Source: an uncultured Actinomycetes bacterium (GTDB lineage Bacteria; Actinomycetota; UBA4738; HRBIN12). From it: a stretch of 64,000 bases of DNA. Below, one piece after another: positions 52,060 through 62,544 of the stretch (position 1 is the first letter of the stretch; the number at the start of each line of letters is the position of its first letter). The notes below the pieces were generated by a model. It saw only the letters and a program-made list of their open reading frames with translations. It was not told the origin of the DNA and searched no databases. Where the stretch lies: positions 221,702-285,701 of the forward strand of contig CAVSFP010000009.1 in the NCBI GenBank assembly GCA_963727185.1. The letters are read 5' to 3'. The position numbers and the translations under genes were made by a program.

Positions 52060-53043
52060 CTAGGGCCTCTTGGGGCTCAGCGCATCTTGGAGACCGTCGC
52101 CTAGGAGGTTGAAGGCGAGCGTCGTCAACAATAGAAAGAGTCCTGGGAAGAACATGTACCAGGGCGCGACCTGTAGACACCGTTGATCGAGGCCTCCGAG
52201 AACATCGCTCCCCACGATGGCGTTGTGGGGCTGACACCCACCCCCAGGAAGGACAAGGTCGCTTCGAAGAGGATGTTGTTCGGGATGATGAGTGTCGTAT
52301 AGACGATTATCGGTGCCGGCGATGTTCGGCAGCACCTCCCGGAACATGATTCGGGTTCCGCTCTCACCGAGAGAGCGTGCAGCCTCCACGAATTCGCGAT
52401 GTTTGAGCGAAAGCGTCTGTCCCCGAACGATCCGGGCGATGTAGGGCCAGTTGGCGAAGGCGATGATGATGACGATCAGGAAGAGTCCCGGCTTGAGATG
52501 ACCACCTAGACACCCCTGAACCGTGGCTGAACAGGTGGCGGCGATGCCCATAGCGAGCATCAAGATCGGGATGGATAGCACGACGTCCATTGATCTGGAA
52601 ACAAGCGTGTCTGCAAAGCCACCCCGGAAGCCGGCTATGAGTCCGAGCACGACACCGATGAATACAGAGAGGCCCGTCGCCACGAACGCGATGAGGAGAG
52701 AGGTTCGGGCTCCGTAGATCACCCGCACGAACAGGTCCCGTCCCACGCTGTCAAAGCCGAACCAAAAGTGACCATTCGGTCCCTTAGGAAGTCCCTCTAC
52801 CGTCGTCCCCTGGAGGGTGTACAGGGTATTGGGCGGGTGGTGGACCACGAACCTGACGATGAGCCCGGCGCCGAAGGCAACCGTCGTGAGGAGAATGACG
52901 AAGATCCCGCCGGCCATTGCGAGCCGATCCTTTCGCAGACGCCGCCACACCATCTGCCACGGTGTCCTCGCAATGACTGCTGGAGCAAGCTCAAGTTCTT
53001 CCGCGCCAACCCCGAGGTCCGCAGCGTCTCCTAGATGCTGCAC
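52060..53043 (-). pseudogene. DppC/OppC-type ABC permease with an internal out-of-frame segment
   Basis: The main frame loses sense after ..MFREVLPNIAG. The expected APIIVYTTLIIPNNILFEATLSFLGVGVSPTTPSWGAMFSEA is in ORF 52125..52367. The main frame then resumes with PWYMFFPGLFLLLTTLAFNLLGDGL. Confidence 0.6.
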
Positions 53044-53205
53044 CCATTCTCCCCATCAGATGCCACGCCGGGTCTCCTCAGTGCTCTTCTCCATCGCGGC
53101 CGCTCCAGCAGGGCTCGCGGAGCTTCTTGGGATTCCACCTCCTTGACAGGCCGAAGTGAAACAACCTAGGGTGTTTATGTCAATGACGCATGGACGTTTC
53201 ACTAT

Positions 53206-54075
53206 ATGACACAAGCATCGGTTCAGACGCTGGGTCGAGGCCTCGATGTGCTCGAGTACTTGGCCGAGAAAGGGGAAGCGCGTCTCTCCGAGGTGGCCGA
53301 GGAGCTTCGCGCCTCTCGGGCAACCGCGTTCCGCGTTCTGTCTACCCTGCGGGCCCGTGGTTACGTGGAGCACATGCGCGAAAGTCGTACCTACCGCCTC
53401 GGTTTCGGGCTTCGAGCCCTTGCGGCCCGCGCGGACGGGTCGTCCATCGTGGCTCGCTCCGTTCCGGGCATGGGCGAGCTCCGCACGTCAACCGGGGAAA
53501 CAGTGAACCTTGCGCTGCTGCGTCGGGGTCGAATCGTCTACGAACTTGTGCTGGAGGGGTTCCACGTGCCGCGGATGGAGGCGGTCGAGGGACAAGACGT
53601 CCCGGCACACGCCACCGCGTTGGGGAAGGCGATCCTGAGCCAGCTGCCGTTCGAATTCCAAGCGGCCCTCCTTCCGAGTGAGCCCTTCCCGGCGCTTACG
53701 TCACGCACCGTCACAACCCGCGCCGCCCTCGAGAAGCAGCTACGGATCGTTCGCAAGCGGGGCTATGCCGAGGACAACGGCGAGGGCGATGTCGGCGCCT
53801 TGTGCTTGGCCGCACCCATCCTCGACGGAGCCGGTGAAGTCGTTGGAGCGATTTCGGTGTCTGGGCTAGCCGCTCGGATCCCGACGAACAACCGACGCAG
53901 CATCGGAACAGCCCTTCGCGAACAGTGCGATCGAATCTCTGCCGAGCTTGTCGGGAAAAGAACACACCCTTTAGGGATCGATTCGAGGCTCCGCAAGGAC
54001 GTGGGTATGATGATCCGGCCGGGCGGCGTGCCTCGTATGCCTAATCAGCCATCTGCGAAGGGAGGTCATGATTAA
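53206..54075 (+). CDS. IclR-family transcriptional regulator
   Basis: The N-terminal wHTH is VQTLGRGLDVLEYLAEKGEARLSEVAEELRASRATAFRVLSTLRARGYV, followed by an IclR effector domain. The gene is intact. Confidence 0.88.
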   Translation: MTQASVQTLGRGLDVLEYLAEKGEARLSEVAEELRASRATAFRVLSTLRARGYVEHMRESRTYRLGFGLRALAARADGSSIVARSVPGMGELRTSTGETVNLALLRRGRIVYELVLEGFHVPRMEAVEGQDVPAHATALGKAILSQLPFEFQAALLPSEPFPALTSRTVTTRAALEKQLRIVRKRGYAEDNGEGDVGALCLAAPILDGAGEVVGAISVSGLAARIPTNNRRSIGTALREQCDRISAELVGKRTHPLGIDSRLRKDVGMMIRPGGVPRMPNQPSAKGGHD

Positions 54076-55960
54076 AGCATCCACGAAGCTCAGTCGACCA
54101 TTCACACTGCGGCTCGCACTCAAGACCGTGCATGCGCGCTCGCCGTTGTCCTGGTAATGGCGGCATGCACATCTTCGAGCTCTAACTCTGCCACGAACAC
54201 CCCGTCAACTTCCGAAAACTGCGACCTCCTCCTCGCAACTACAGTTGGGCGGCGTGCTCAAAGTCGGGTACCTATTTGACTTCGGGGGCGGCCTGGATCC
54301 GGCTCAGAACTATGACTTCGGCTGGGGTGTCCTGCGACTGATGACCAGGACTCTTTATGCATGGACGGAGACCACGGGCTCCGTCTCGCAGTTGGCTCCG
54401 GATATCGCTGAAAAGATGCCGAAGATCTCGTAGACTGGTCTGACGTATACGATCTCCATACGGCAAGGAGTGAAGTTCGGACCTCCTTTGGACCAGCAGG
54501 TCGTGTGCGCCGACTTCCAGACCGCCTTCGAGCGGATGTTCTCGCCCAACGTGCCGGCCGCCTACAACTTCTATTACACCGTGATCCAGGGTGCGAGTAG
54601 TTTTCAGTCGGGGAAGTCTAAAACAGCATCTCTGGGATTACCTGCCCTAACGACGAGACGATCGTATTCAAGCTCACCCAGCCCACCGGTGATTTCTTGG
54701 CTCGGCTCACTCTGTTTGCGGCTTCGCCAGTTCCGGCCGTAGCCGTCAAAGGTCACGATCAAGACTACGGAAGGTTCATCGTTTCGACGGGGCCCTACAC
54801 CTATCAAGGTATGAGTGCTGTGGACTTCTCTTTGCCAAGACTCCGCCCAGACTCCGCCACCCGGGTATAGCCCGAACAAGTCGATGACCCTTGTTCGCAA
54901 TCCTGACTGGAGTCAGAGTACGGAACGTGATTCGGAATGCATATCCGGATGAGTATCCCCGCTATTACGTTCGGAGGGGAGACCCAGAGCCTGTACGAGC
55001 AGGTGCAATCTGGCGCCTTAGACGCTGTAGAAGGTGATGCCATCACACCTCCCCAGGTACTCAGTTCCTACAGCTCGAACCCGTCCCTCAACGATTTTTG
55101 GTACTCGCGCCAGCTCCTCGGCGTGCGTCACGTCTACATCAACGTAACGACCCCGCCATTTGATGATGTCCACGTTAGAAAGGCGATGAATTGGGTCGTC
55201 AACAAGGCTTCACTGGCGCGATTGTATGGGGGACCAGCCTTCGGCCAGATCGCCACGCATGTCCTCTCGGCGCCTGCTGCCGACCCCGCCGTTCCAGCAT
55301 CCTATGATCCCGAACAGAGCACTCCCGGAAGTCAGGGGAGTGTGACCAAGGCCAAGGCAGAGATGATGCTCTCGAAGTACGCACACGAACCAAGACGGAC
55401 TCTGTGACGCCGCGGTCTGGCAAGAACGTCGTGGTGGTTGTGCCGAGTACCCCTCCCACACCGAGCGTCTTCACTTCGATCATGGCCGACCTGGCGAAGA
55501 TCGGGATCACGGGGCGGATTCAGTCCGTGTCGTCGACGACATGGCAGACCTATCAAGAGCGATCCCACGAAGAACATTCCGCTGGGGTACAGCCAATGGG
55601 TCCAGGACTACAACGACCCCTATACGCTCTTCGAACCGCGCAGATACGGCGCCATCGGAAAACCAGGAAGCAACTCCAATTACTCCCTCGTTACCGATCC
55701 CCACGTGACTTCTGAAATCGCCAGGTGCGAGGCCCTGCTGGGGAACGCGAGAGCCACCTGCTGGGCTGGGTGACCAGTACCTGATGGAAAGTGTTGTGCC
55801 ATCGTTCCGTTCCAGGTGTGGGAACGCCGTCCGCGTTCTTCTCGACCAACGTGGCCAATGTTCCGATCCCATGGGTGTCGGATCTCGCGACAGCTATCGA
55901 TGCCCTGGCGGATGCCGGCCGAAATCCAGGCCACGGCATCTCAGGTGAAGAGTGCCTAGT
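54068..55960 (+). pseudogene. family-5 ABC substrate-binding lipoprotein, fragmented over all three frames
   Basis: Pieces include the lipoprotein signal ALAVVLVMAAC|TSSSSNS (about 54,130). Others are GGVLKVGYLFDFGGGLDPAQ (54245..), KFGPPLDQQVVCADFQTAFERMFSPN (54470..), HVYINVTTPPFDDVHVRKAMNWVVNK (54937..) and YSQWVQDYNDPYTLFEP (55438..). The end coordinate is approximate. Confidence 0.7.
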
Positions 55961-56087
55961 GACGTGGAGGGGCTCGAAGATGAGATCATGGGCGGGGACA
56001 GCACCCAACTTCGGGGCGGCGACCTCTGCGACCTCAATGTCGTCTGGATGGTGGGACCGAGCGGAGCGCCGGAATCGGGAGGATTTG

Positions 56088-57545
56088 ATTGAGAGTTGGC
56101 GTCGGAGGGATCCTCCACGAGACGAATACGTTTGCGAGCGGCCTGACGAACGGCGGACTTCCGCGCCTATCAGTACGCCGAGGGCCGAGAACTCCTCGAG
56201 TACGAGAGCACGGGGTCTGAACTCGGAGGGGTGCTGTCTGAGCGCAGAGCTTGGCTGGACGGTTGTGCCGACGATAGGCCGTCCCGGGTGGCCGCGTCGA
56301 ACATCGGGCTTACCGCGCACTTGCGGACGGCCTCATCGAGGCACTGGCGGCAGACGACCAGCTGGACGGCGTCCTCCTAGTCCTACATGGGGCCATGGTC
56401 ACAACCGCCGAGGAGGATGCTGAAGGGGATCTGCTCGCAAGGGTTCGGAACGGGTTGGCCACGCCGGTGGTCGCAACGCTTGACTTCCATGCGAACATCA
56501 GCCCTCTCGGATGACGGAGAGCGTGGATGCTCTGGTCGGATACGACACGATCCGCACGTTGATATGCGAGATCGAGGTCGAGAGGCGGTCAGGATACTGG
56601 AACAGATCTTGGCCACAGGCCGGCGTCGTGCGGTCTCCCTGAACAAACTCCCACTACTCACCGCTCCCCAAACGCAGCGTACGGGACGCTCCTCCGATTG
56701 AAGGGTGGATGACGTTCTGTACACTAGTGGGAAGCGACCAAGGATGTGCAGGTAACCGTTGCGCCGGTTTCCCGTACGCCGATTCCGACTGCACCGGGAT
56801 CGCTGTGGTGGCGAGCTCGCCGATACCGCCTTGGCGTCTGAAGCGGCGGAGGCCATCGGGCAATTCCATCTGGAGCTGGTGCGATCTATTCGCATACGCC
56901 GGCGTGCGCGTGCAAGAGGCGGTCGACCAGGCCTCCGCGAGCGGGGATACACCGGTCATCTTGGTGGATTCCGCAGATAACGTCGGTGGCGGTGGTCCTG
57001 GAGATGGCACCGCCATCCTCGAAACCGCGGCTTTCCGGGGCTCTCAGATCTCCTTGTCTTCATCGCGGACCGGAGTCGGTCCGGGCGGCAGCGGCGGCAG
57101 GAGTGGGAGCCACCCTCCCGCTCACCGTGGGTGGAAAGACCGACGACCTCCATGGACTACGGGAACTTCAACCGACACCGTGCAGTTGATCTCGCATGGA
57201 CCTACGAGCACGCCAGCGAGTACTTCCAGGGTTACGTCTATTCCGTCGTGGCCTAACGTCGGTACTCGACGTCAGCGGGAACACCGTGGTGCTGACCGAG
57301 AAGAAAGACATGCCATTTGACGCTCAACAGGTGTGCTATCGCTGAGATCGATCCATCCCGATATCAGGCGATCGTAGTGAAGTCGGCGATCGCTTGGCGG
57401 AGTGGCTACGGGCACAGTGCGGGGAAAGATCGAGGTCGATGCCCCCGGCATCTGCACGGGCCGTCTCTCCCTCTGGATATTCAGCCGCGCGGCGGAAGAT
57501 GTTGCCGCCCTCGGAGAGGGCTCAGGTAGATCGGCCATGAAGGAG
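56088..57545 (+). pseudogene. MlrC-like (M81 family) metallopeptidase, multiply frameshifted
   Basis: RVGVGGILHETNTFA (about 56,090) and DGVLLVLHGAMVTTAEEDAEGDLLARVRNGLATPVVATLDFHANIS (about 56,360-56,500, interrupted by a stop) match the family. The C-terminal YQAIVVKSAIAWR.. lies at about 57,370. Boundaries are approximate. Confidence 0.6.
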
Positions 57546-57606
57546 TAGGAGCACCCCTAGAACATTGAGGCCCGTTACCGTGAGTCTCTAGCGCGGAAAC
57601 AAAGAG

Positions 57607-58860
57607 ATGCGAACCTGCATCCCAGGTGGGGTCAACAGCGTGTTCAGGGCGGCAAGCCAGCGTGTCGCTCACTTTCGTACGCGGACACGGCGCCCAGCTC
57701 GTCGACGTGGACGGCTACGAATACGTCGACTATGCCCTGGGGATGCGCATGCATCTGCTCGGCCATGCCCCTCCAGTCGTCACGCGAGCTGTCGCAGCTG
57801 CTTGGAGGATGGACAGCTTTTCCGCCGGGCTCAGCACCCGCGGGAGTCGGAACTCGCGGAGCTCGTAATGCATGAAGCGCATCCGTTGCGCCGAGATGAT
57901 CCGCTTCGATGTCAGAGATGACGCATCTGGCTATCCGGCTCGCACGAGCACAGACCGGACGGCAGCGTTTCATCAGGTTCTACGGGCACTATCACGGTTG
58001 GATGGATCCCGTCTTCATCGACCCGTCATCGGGGCGCAGTGGATGGGGCGAGTGAGTCGATGCTGACCGATGGGCAGTCGATTGCAGGTGGGGCAGACGT
58101 CATCGCACTTGCCTGGAACGATCCTGAGGTCTTGGACCTAGCGTTCGGGAGAGCACAGGGCTGAGATCGGGGCGGTGATCCTGCAGCGATCATGTGCAAT
58201 ACTGCGCGCGCACCCTGCTCGGCCAGGCTACCTGGACAAGCTCCAGAACCTCTGTCGCACCCATGGTGTGGTCTTGATCTTCGATGAGGTGATCACGGGA
58301 TTCCGTGTCAGCCTGGGGGCGCGCAAGACCTCCTTGGGCTCACGCCCGATCTCGCGGTCTTCTCGAAAAGCTATCGGGTCTGGGTTCCCATCCGCAGCGA
58401 TCGCTGGCTCCGGCGACCTGATGGAACCTCCTTGCGGAGGGTCGAGTGGTTCACAGTGGCACATACAACACAGGTGTGGCTGAGATGGCCGCGGCGATCG
58501 CGACGATGCGTTCGTTGATCGAAGACGATCCCTACCCGCAACTTGAACGCACGGGGCGTCAACTGATGCAAGGACTCGAAGACGCAGCGGTGGCGAACGG
58601 TATGGACCTCGTCATCGAAGGACTCCCGGCGGTGTTCCATACGCGATTCGGACCTGAGCAATCACCGATCGACCACGCGCAAGCTTTCGCCAGCTAAGCG
58701 ACGAGGGGTTGAGGAGTCGTTTCGTCCGCGGCCTCCAGGACGAGGGTGTCCGGATCACGTCGCGCGGACCTGGTTCGTGTCGACGGCGCACACGGATCGG
58801 GATGTGGAAAATCACCCTGGGCGGCCGACCGCGTTCTTCATCGACTCCGCTGACGCATGA
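57607..58860 (+). pseudogene. class III aminotransferase (glutamate-1-semialdehyde aminomutase-like), multiply frameshifted
   Basis: The pieces lie in different frames: IPGGVNSV, RGHGAQLVDVDGYEYVDYALG..LLGHAPPVV, GVVLIFDEVITGFRVSLG, KAIGSGFPSAAIAGSGDLM and HSGTYNTGVAEMAAAIATM. Confidence 0.65.
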
Positions 58861-60060
58861 TGGTTGACAGTCACGACAAGCTGGTCACTTCGCTGCATTG
58901 ACTGTGGCGCGTCGTCGCCTGCTGGATCACTTCGCTATCGGTGCTCGTGCGGGGCGAGATGCGCGTGAAGTATCAGTCTCCTTTCGCAATGGACGCGAGT
59001 CGCTCTGGCCTGTGGCGCTATTTCCCCCGCACTTCCCGTCGGATCTCCTGACGCAGTCGTGAGCGAGGCGAAGGACTCCTCCTCTTCTTCCCATGGCTCA
59101 CGCGAACTTCTTCCACCTTGAGCCGGGGCAGGTCGAACGCCGAGTACATCAATCCCAGCGGATCCTTCAAAGATCGGATCGCTTCCGTGCGCGCTTGTCC
59201 ATCGTCGTGCAGCGGCAGCTGGCGGGTTGTTTGGGGAACGTCGTCCGGGGGCGCCGCTGCCGCCTCATACGGGGCTCGTAGCGACCAACAGGTGGTCCTG
59301 CTCACCCTGCCGGAGGCACCGAGCGAGAAACTCCGACAGATCCTCGTCCATGGGGCAAGGTCATCGCAGTCAACGGTCTGGTACTCCGCCGAGGCGACGG
59401 ATCGGGTTGTCGACGTCGTGCGAGAGTTCGCGGTCAGATACAACTTCCTCCCATACCTGACCGGGGTTCGAGATCCGCCAGAGACGAAGGGGCGAAGACC
59501 ATTGCCTTCGAACTGCTGGAGGAGTTGCCTGAGACAACGGTCGTCTATGTTCCGATCGGTGGGGGTGGGCTCCTTACATCCATCTGGACAACGGCTACAG
59601 GGAGGGCGCCGAGCACTTGGAGGGCTGATGGCTTGTTGGCGTACAGCCGGAGGGGAGTGCGACCCTGGCGCCGGCCCTGCGGGGAGAGCCTGGACGTTTC
59701 GCGGGCGACGTGCGCACCTCCATTTCCGGACTGCAAGTCCCAGTTCGGTGTTCGACCCTTGATCGGGAGCTCCTGAAGCGATCAGGGAAACAGGTGGTCA
59801 TGTCGTGCAGGTGGCGGATCAAGAGATATGGGAAGCACAACGCTTCCTCGCGGAGACGGAAGGCATCTTCGTCGAGCCGGCCGGCGACGGCGTTCGCCGG
59901 TCTGGTCGCAGATTCGAGCGCTGGAGGGTTCTCCGGAGGGGACGTGGCCGTTGCCGTACTGACAGGCTCGGGATTCAAGGATCTGAGCGCCATCGACCGG
60001 ATCCTTGGTTCGAGACTCCCCAAGCTCGATCACTCTGGAGCAGGTCCCGAACACGCTCGA
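58860..60060 (+). pseudogene. threonine-synthase-like PLP (fold type II) enzyme, multiply frameshifted
   Basis: An N-terminal zinc-ribbon-like LRCIDCGAS...YRCSCG is present. The PLP lysine motif is NPSGSFKDRIAS (ORF 59118..), followed by ..VYVPIGGGGLL.. and a C-terminal VAVLTGSGFKD, spread over several frames. Confidence 0.55.
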
Positions 60061-60087
60061 ACGGATCAGTGTTCGCCGGGCATCCGA

Positions 60088-61365
60088 ATGACCGTCATCG
60101 ATTCGCGCGATAAGGGCTGGCCTCCACTGGATCAACCCGTAAACAGGACCCAGATCGAACGGCAGCGATGGAACGTCTTGAAAGGCGATCTGCTGCGCTA
60201 CCCACGATGGTGATAAAAAGGAAAGCGCGATCAGCAACAACATCACCCTCATGGCCGAGTACCGCCGCAAGCATGGTGTCTACCTTGGCTCTCGCATGGC
60301 AAAGACGACCATGGCCCCGCAAATCGTGAAGGCGGGCAAGATCGACGCCGGTGCCTGGGGGTTACCGCCGCCACGATCAGCCAGGTGAGAGCATTCCGTC
60401 ACTCCGGAATCGAGCGGATCCTCCTTGCGAACGAATTGGTGGAACCGGCAGCTATCGAGTGGATCGCCCGCGAAGTCGCCCGAGCGCCCGAGTTCCACTT
60501 CATCTGCCTCGTTGACTCCACTCGTAGCGTCGAATTGATGGCGAAGACGCTCGTCTCCTTCGGGGTTTCCAGGCCGCTACGGGTGTTGGTCGAATTGGGG
60601 GTGTCGGGGCGGCGAACCGGTTGCCGGACCTTGAGAGAGGCTCTCGCGGTTCGCACAGGCTGTCACCGACGTTCCCGCGCTTAGCCTTACCGGCGTGGCC
60701 GGCTTCGAGGGCATCATCAAACTGCCAGATGATGACTGCGACGATCGTCGCCGTCGATCGAGTTCCTTTCGGCGATGCGAAAGCTCACAGTTGAGATAGC
60801 TATGCGGGGGATGTTCAGTGGGCAAAAGAAGAGGTCATCGTGAGCGCCGGCGGAAGCGTCTTCGTTGATCCCAAGTCGCGCGGCTTCTCACCGGTTGGGA
60901 TATCGACCCGCGAGTTAGAACCGTGCTTCGATGCGGCGGCATACGCAACGCACGACCACGGGGAGTTCTGAGCGGATATCCCCCCTTGCGGGCCGCGGGC
61001 CGGGTGGTGGCCGGCTTCGTCCAGCACTCGAGATCTGGGCTACCGTGTCTGTCCTGCCCCGAAGATAGGCTTGCGATCGCTGGGTTCGGAAGGCGCGATG
61101 CTCCATTTGATGAAGCGCTCCCCGTTCCTCACGCGACCGTCAGGACGCCGGACGACATGCGCGGGGTTCCACCCGGGGCGCTAACCGTTACTCAACTGAA
61201 CGATCAGCACGGCGTACATTTCGGTTGCCACTGGTTTCGACCTCGCTGTCGGCGATCTGATCGGATGCGGGATAGCTCATCCGTGTACCGCTTTCGATAA
61301 GTGGCGTCGGATACCGGTCGTCGACGACGCTGCTACGACGTCATCGACGCAGTCGAGACCTTGTT
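60088..61365 (+). pseudogene. D-serine-deaminase-like / alanine-racemase-N-domain (DSD1-type) enzyme, multiply frameshifted
   Basis: MTVIDSRDKGWPPL...WNVLKGDLL is followed by KTTMAPQIVKAGKIDAGAWG, then GIERILLANELVEPAAIEWIAREV..FHFICLVDS (ORF 60385..). The C-terminal ..HPCTAFDKWRRIPVVDD lies at about 61,270-61,330. Boundaries are approximate. Confidence 0.5.
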
Positions 61366-61492
61366 TTGCGGTTCCCCTCACCTTCCTGTGAGTAGTCTCA
61401 CATTGAACTCGCCGCAGCAAAGGGAGACGCGGCCCACTCCATCTAGGTCTGACTCGAAGGGCCAAAGTGCTGTCTCCGGGTTGACTGACGGC

Positions 61493-61510
61493 GCCGTCTG
61501 ACCGTGTGTC
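61493..61510 (+). repeat. 18-bp exact direct repeat, right copy, at the right edge of the lower-GC island
   Basis: It is identical to 50474-50491. Confidence 0.9.
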
Positions 61511-61578
61511 CACAAGAACGGCCGCCCCAGCTCCCGCGAGTAACGAACTCGGACCACTGGCTCCGGTAGGGTCCTCAG

Positions 61579-62340
61579 ATGGGCGATATCGACCGCTTCT
61601 TCGCGTTCGAAGCCCATCGTCACTCGCTGCTCAGCACCCGTACGGAGCCGTTCGAGGGCGGCGTCGCGTACTTCGACGACGGGTATCCGGAGAGGTACGT
61701 GTCCAACTTCCTCCTCGTCGACCGCGACGAGGTAACGCTCACCGGCGATCGACTCGCGTCGTTGGCGGACGACATCATGGGTGGCGAAGGGCTCTCGCAC
61801 CGCCACGTGACGGTCCTGGGCGAGCGCGGCGGGCGACTGGCGCCGTCGTTCCGCGACCGCGGGTATGAGGTCGGGAGGATCGTCGCGATGGCGCTTCGCA
61901 GGCCTCCCGATCGTCCCGCCGCCCTGTCGACGGAGGAGCGTTCGTTCGATGAGGTCCGCCCGCTCATGGAGGAGATCTACTGCAGGGAGCTGCCGCGGGC
62001 GCCGGAGACCGCGGATCGTTTCGTCGAGCAGCACGCGGGGTGGGACCGCATCCTCGGCACACGGCGGTTCGCCGCGCGGATCGACGGCACGCTCGCCGGG
62101 CAATGTGAGCTGTACGTGAACGGCGCCGACGCGCAGATCGAGTACGTCGACACGCTCGAGGAGTACCGCGGGCGCGGGGTCGCGCGCGCCGTCGTGCTCG
62201 CGGCCGCCGAGGCGGCGCGCCGCGCCGGGGCCGATCGGGTATTCATCGCCACCGACGAGGACGACGGGCCGAAGCTCCTCTACGAACGCTTCGGGTTCGA
62301 CCCGATCGGCCACGAGTGGGAGTTCACGCGTTACCCCTAG
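61579..62340 (+). CDS. GNAT-family N-acetyltransferase
   Basis: The C-terminal acetyl-CoA motif is IEYVDTLEEYRGRGVARAVVLAAAEAARRAGADRVFI...LYERFGF. Confidence 0.8.
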   Translation: MGDIDRFFAFEAHRHSLLSTRTEPFEGGVAYFDDGYPERYVSNFLLVDRDEVTLTGDRLASLADDIMGGEGLSHRHVTVLGERGGRLAPSFRDRGYEVGRIVAMALRRPPDRPAALSTEERSFDEVRPLMEEIYCRELPRAPETADRFVEQHAGWDRILGTRRFAARIDGTLAGQCELYVNGADAQIEYVDTLEEYRGRGVARAVVLAAAEAARRAGADRVFIATDEDDGPKLLYERFGFDPIGHEWEFTRYP

Positions 62341-62521
62341 GCGCTCCAGAAGGCGTCGGCGGCAGCCTGGTCGAACGGTGTGATCCAGACTTCTTTCGCC
62401 TTGCCATCTTCGACGTGGAACACGAACACCTGCGCCAACGTGGCCGTCTTCCCACGGCGCGTCGCCGTCGCGCTCACGAGCGCGATGGTGTGGTCGTCGT
62501 CGGCGACGATCGCGTGGATCA
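62337..62521 (-). pseudogene. 3'-terminal remnant (about 60 codons) of a SnoaL-like gene, duplicate of 19843..20027
   Basis: It reads ..IHAIVADDDHTIALVSATATRRGKTATLAQVFVFHVEDGKAKEVWITPFDQAAADAFWSA-stop. About 185 bp align with the intact gene at 19.8 kb with about 10 mismatches. There is no N-terminal half and no plausible start. Confidence 0.7.
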
Positions 62522-62544
62522 GGCTCACGACACCGACATCGAGA

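Noticed and set aside
53044-53205. Short inverted repeats (GTGAAAC...GTTTCAC; AAACAACC-tag-GGTGTTT) in the divergent IclR/permease intergenic region as IclR operators.
   Set aside because: This is plausible but the arms are short (7 nt) and imperfect. I have no second occurrence to support a motif, so it is not reported as a feature.
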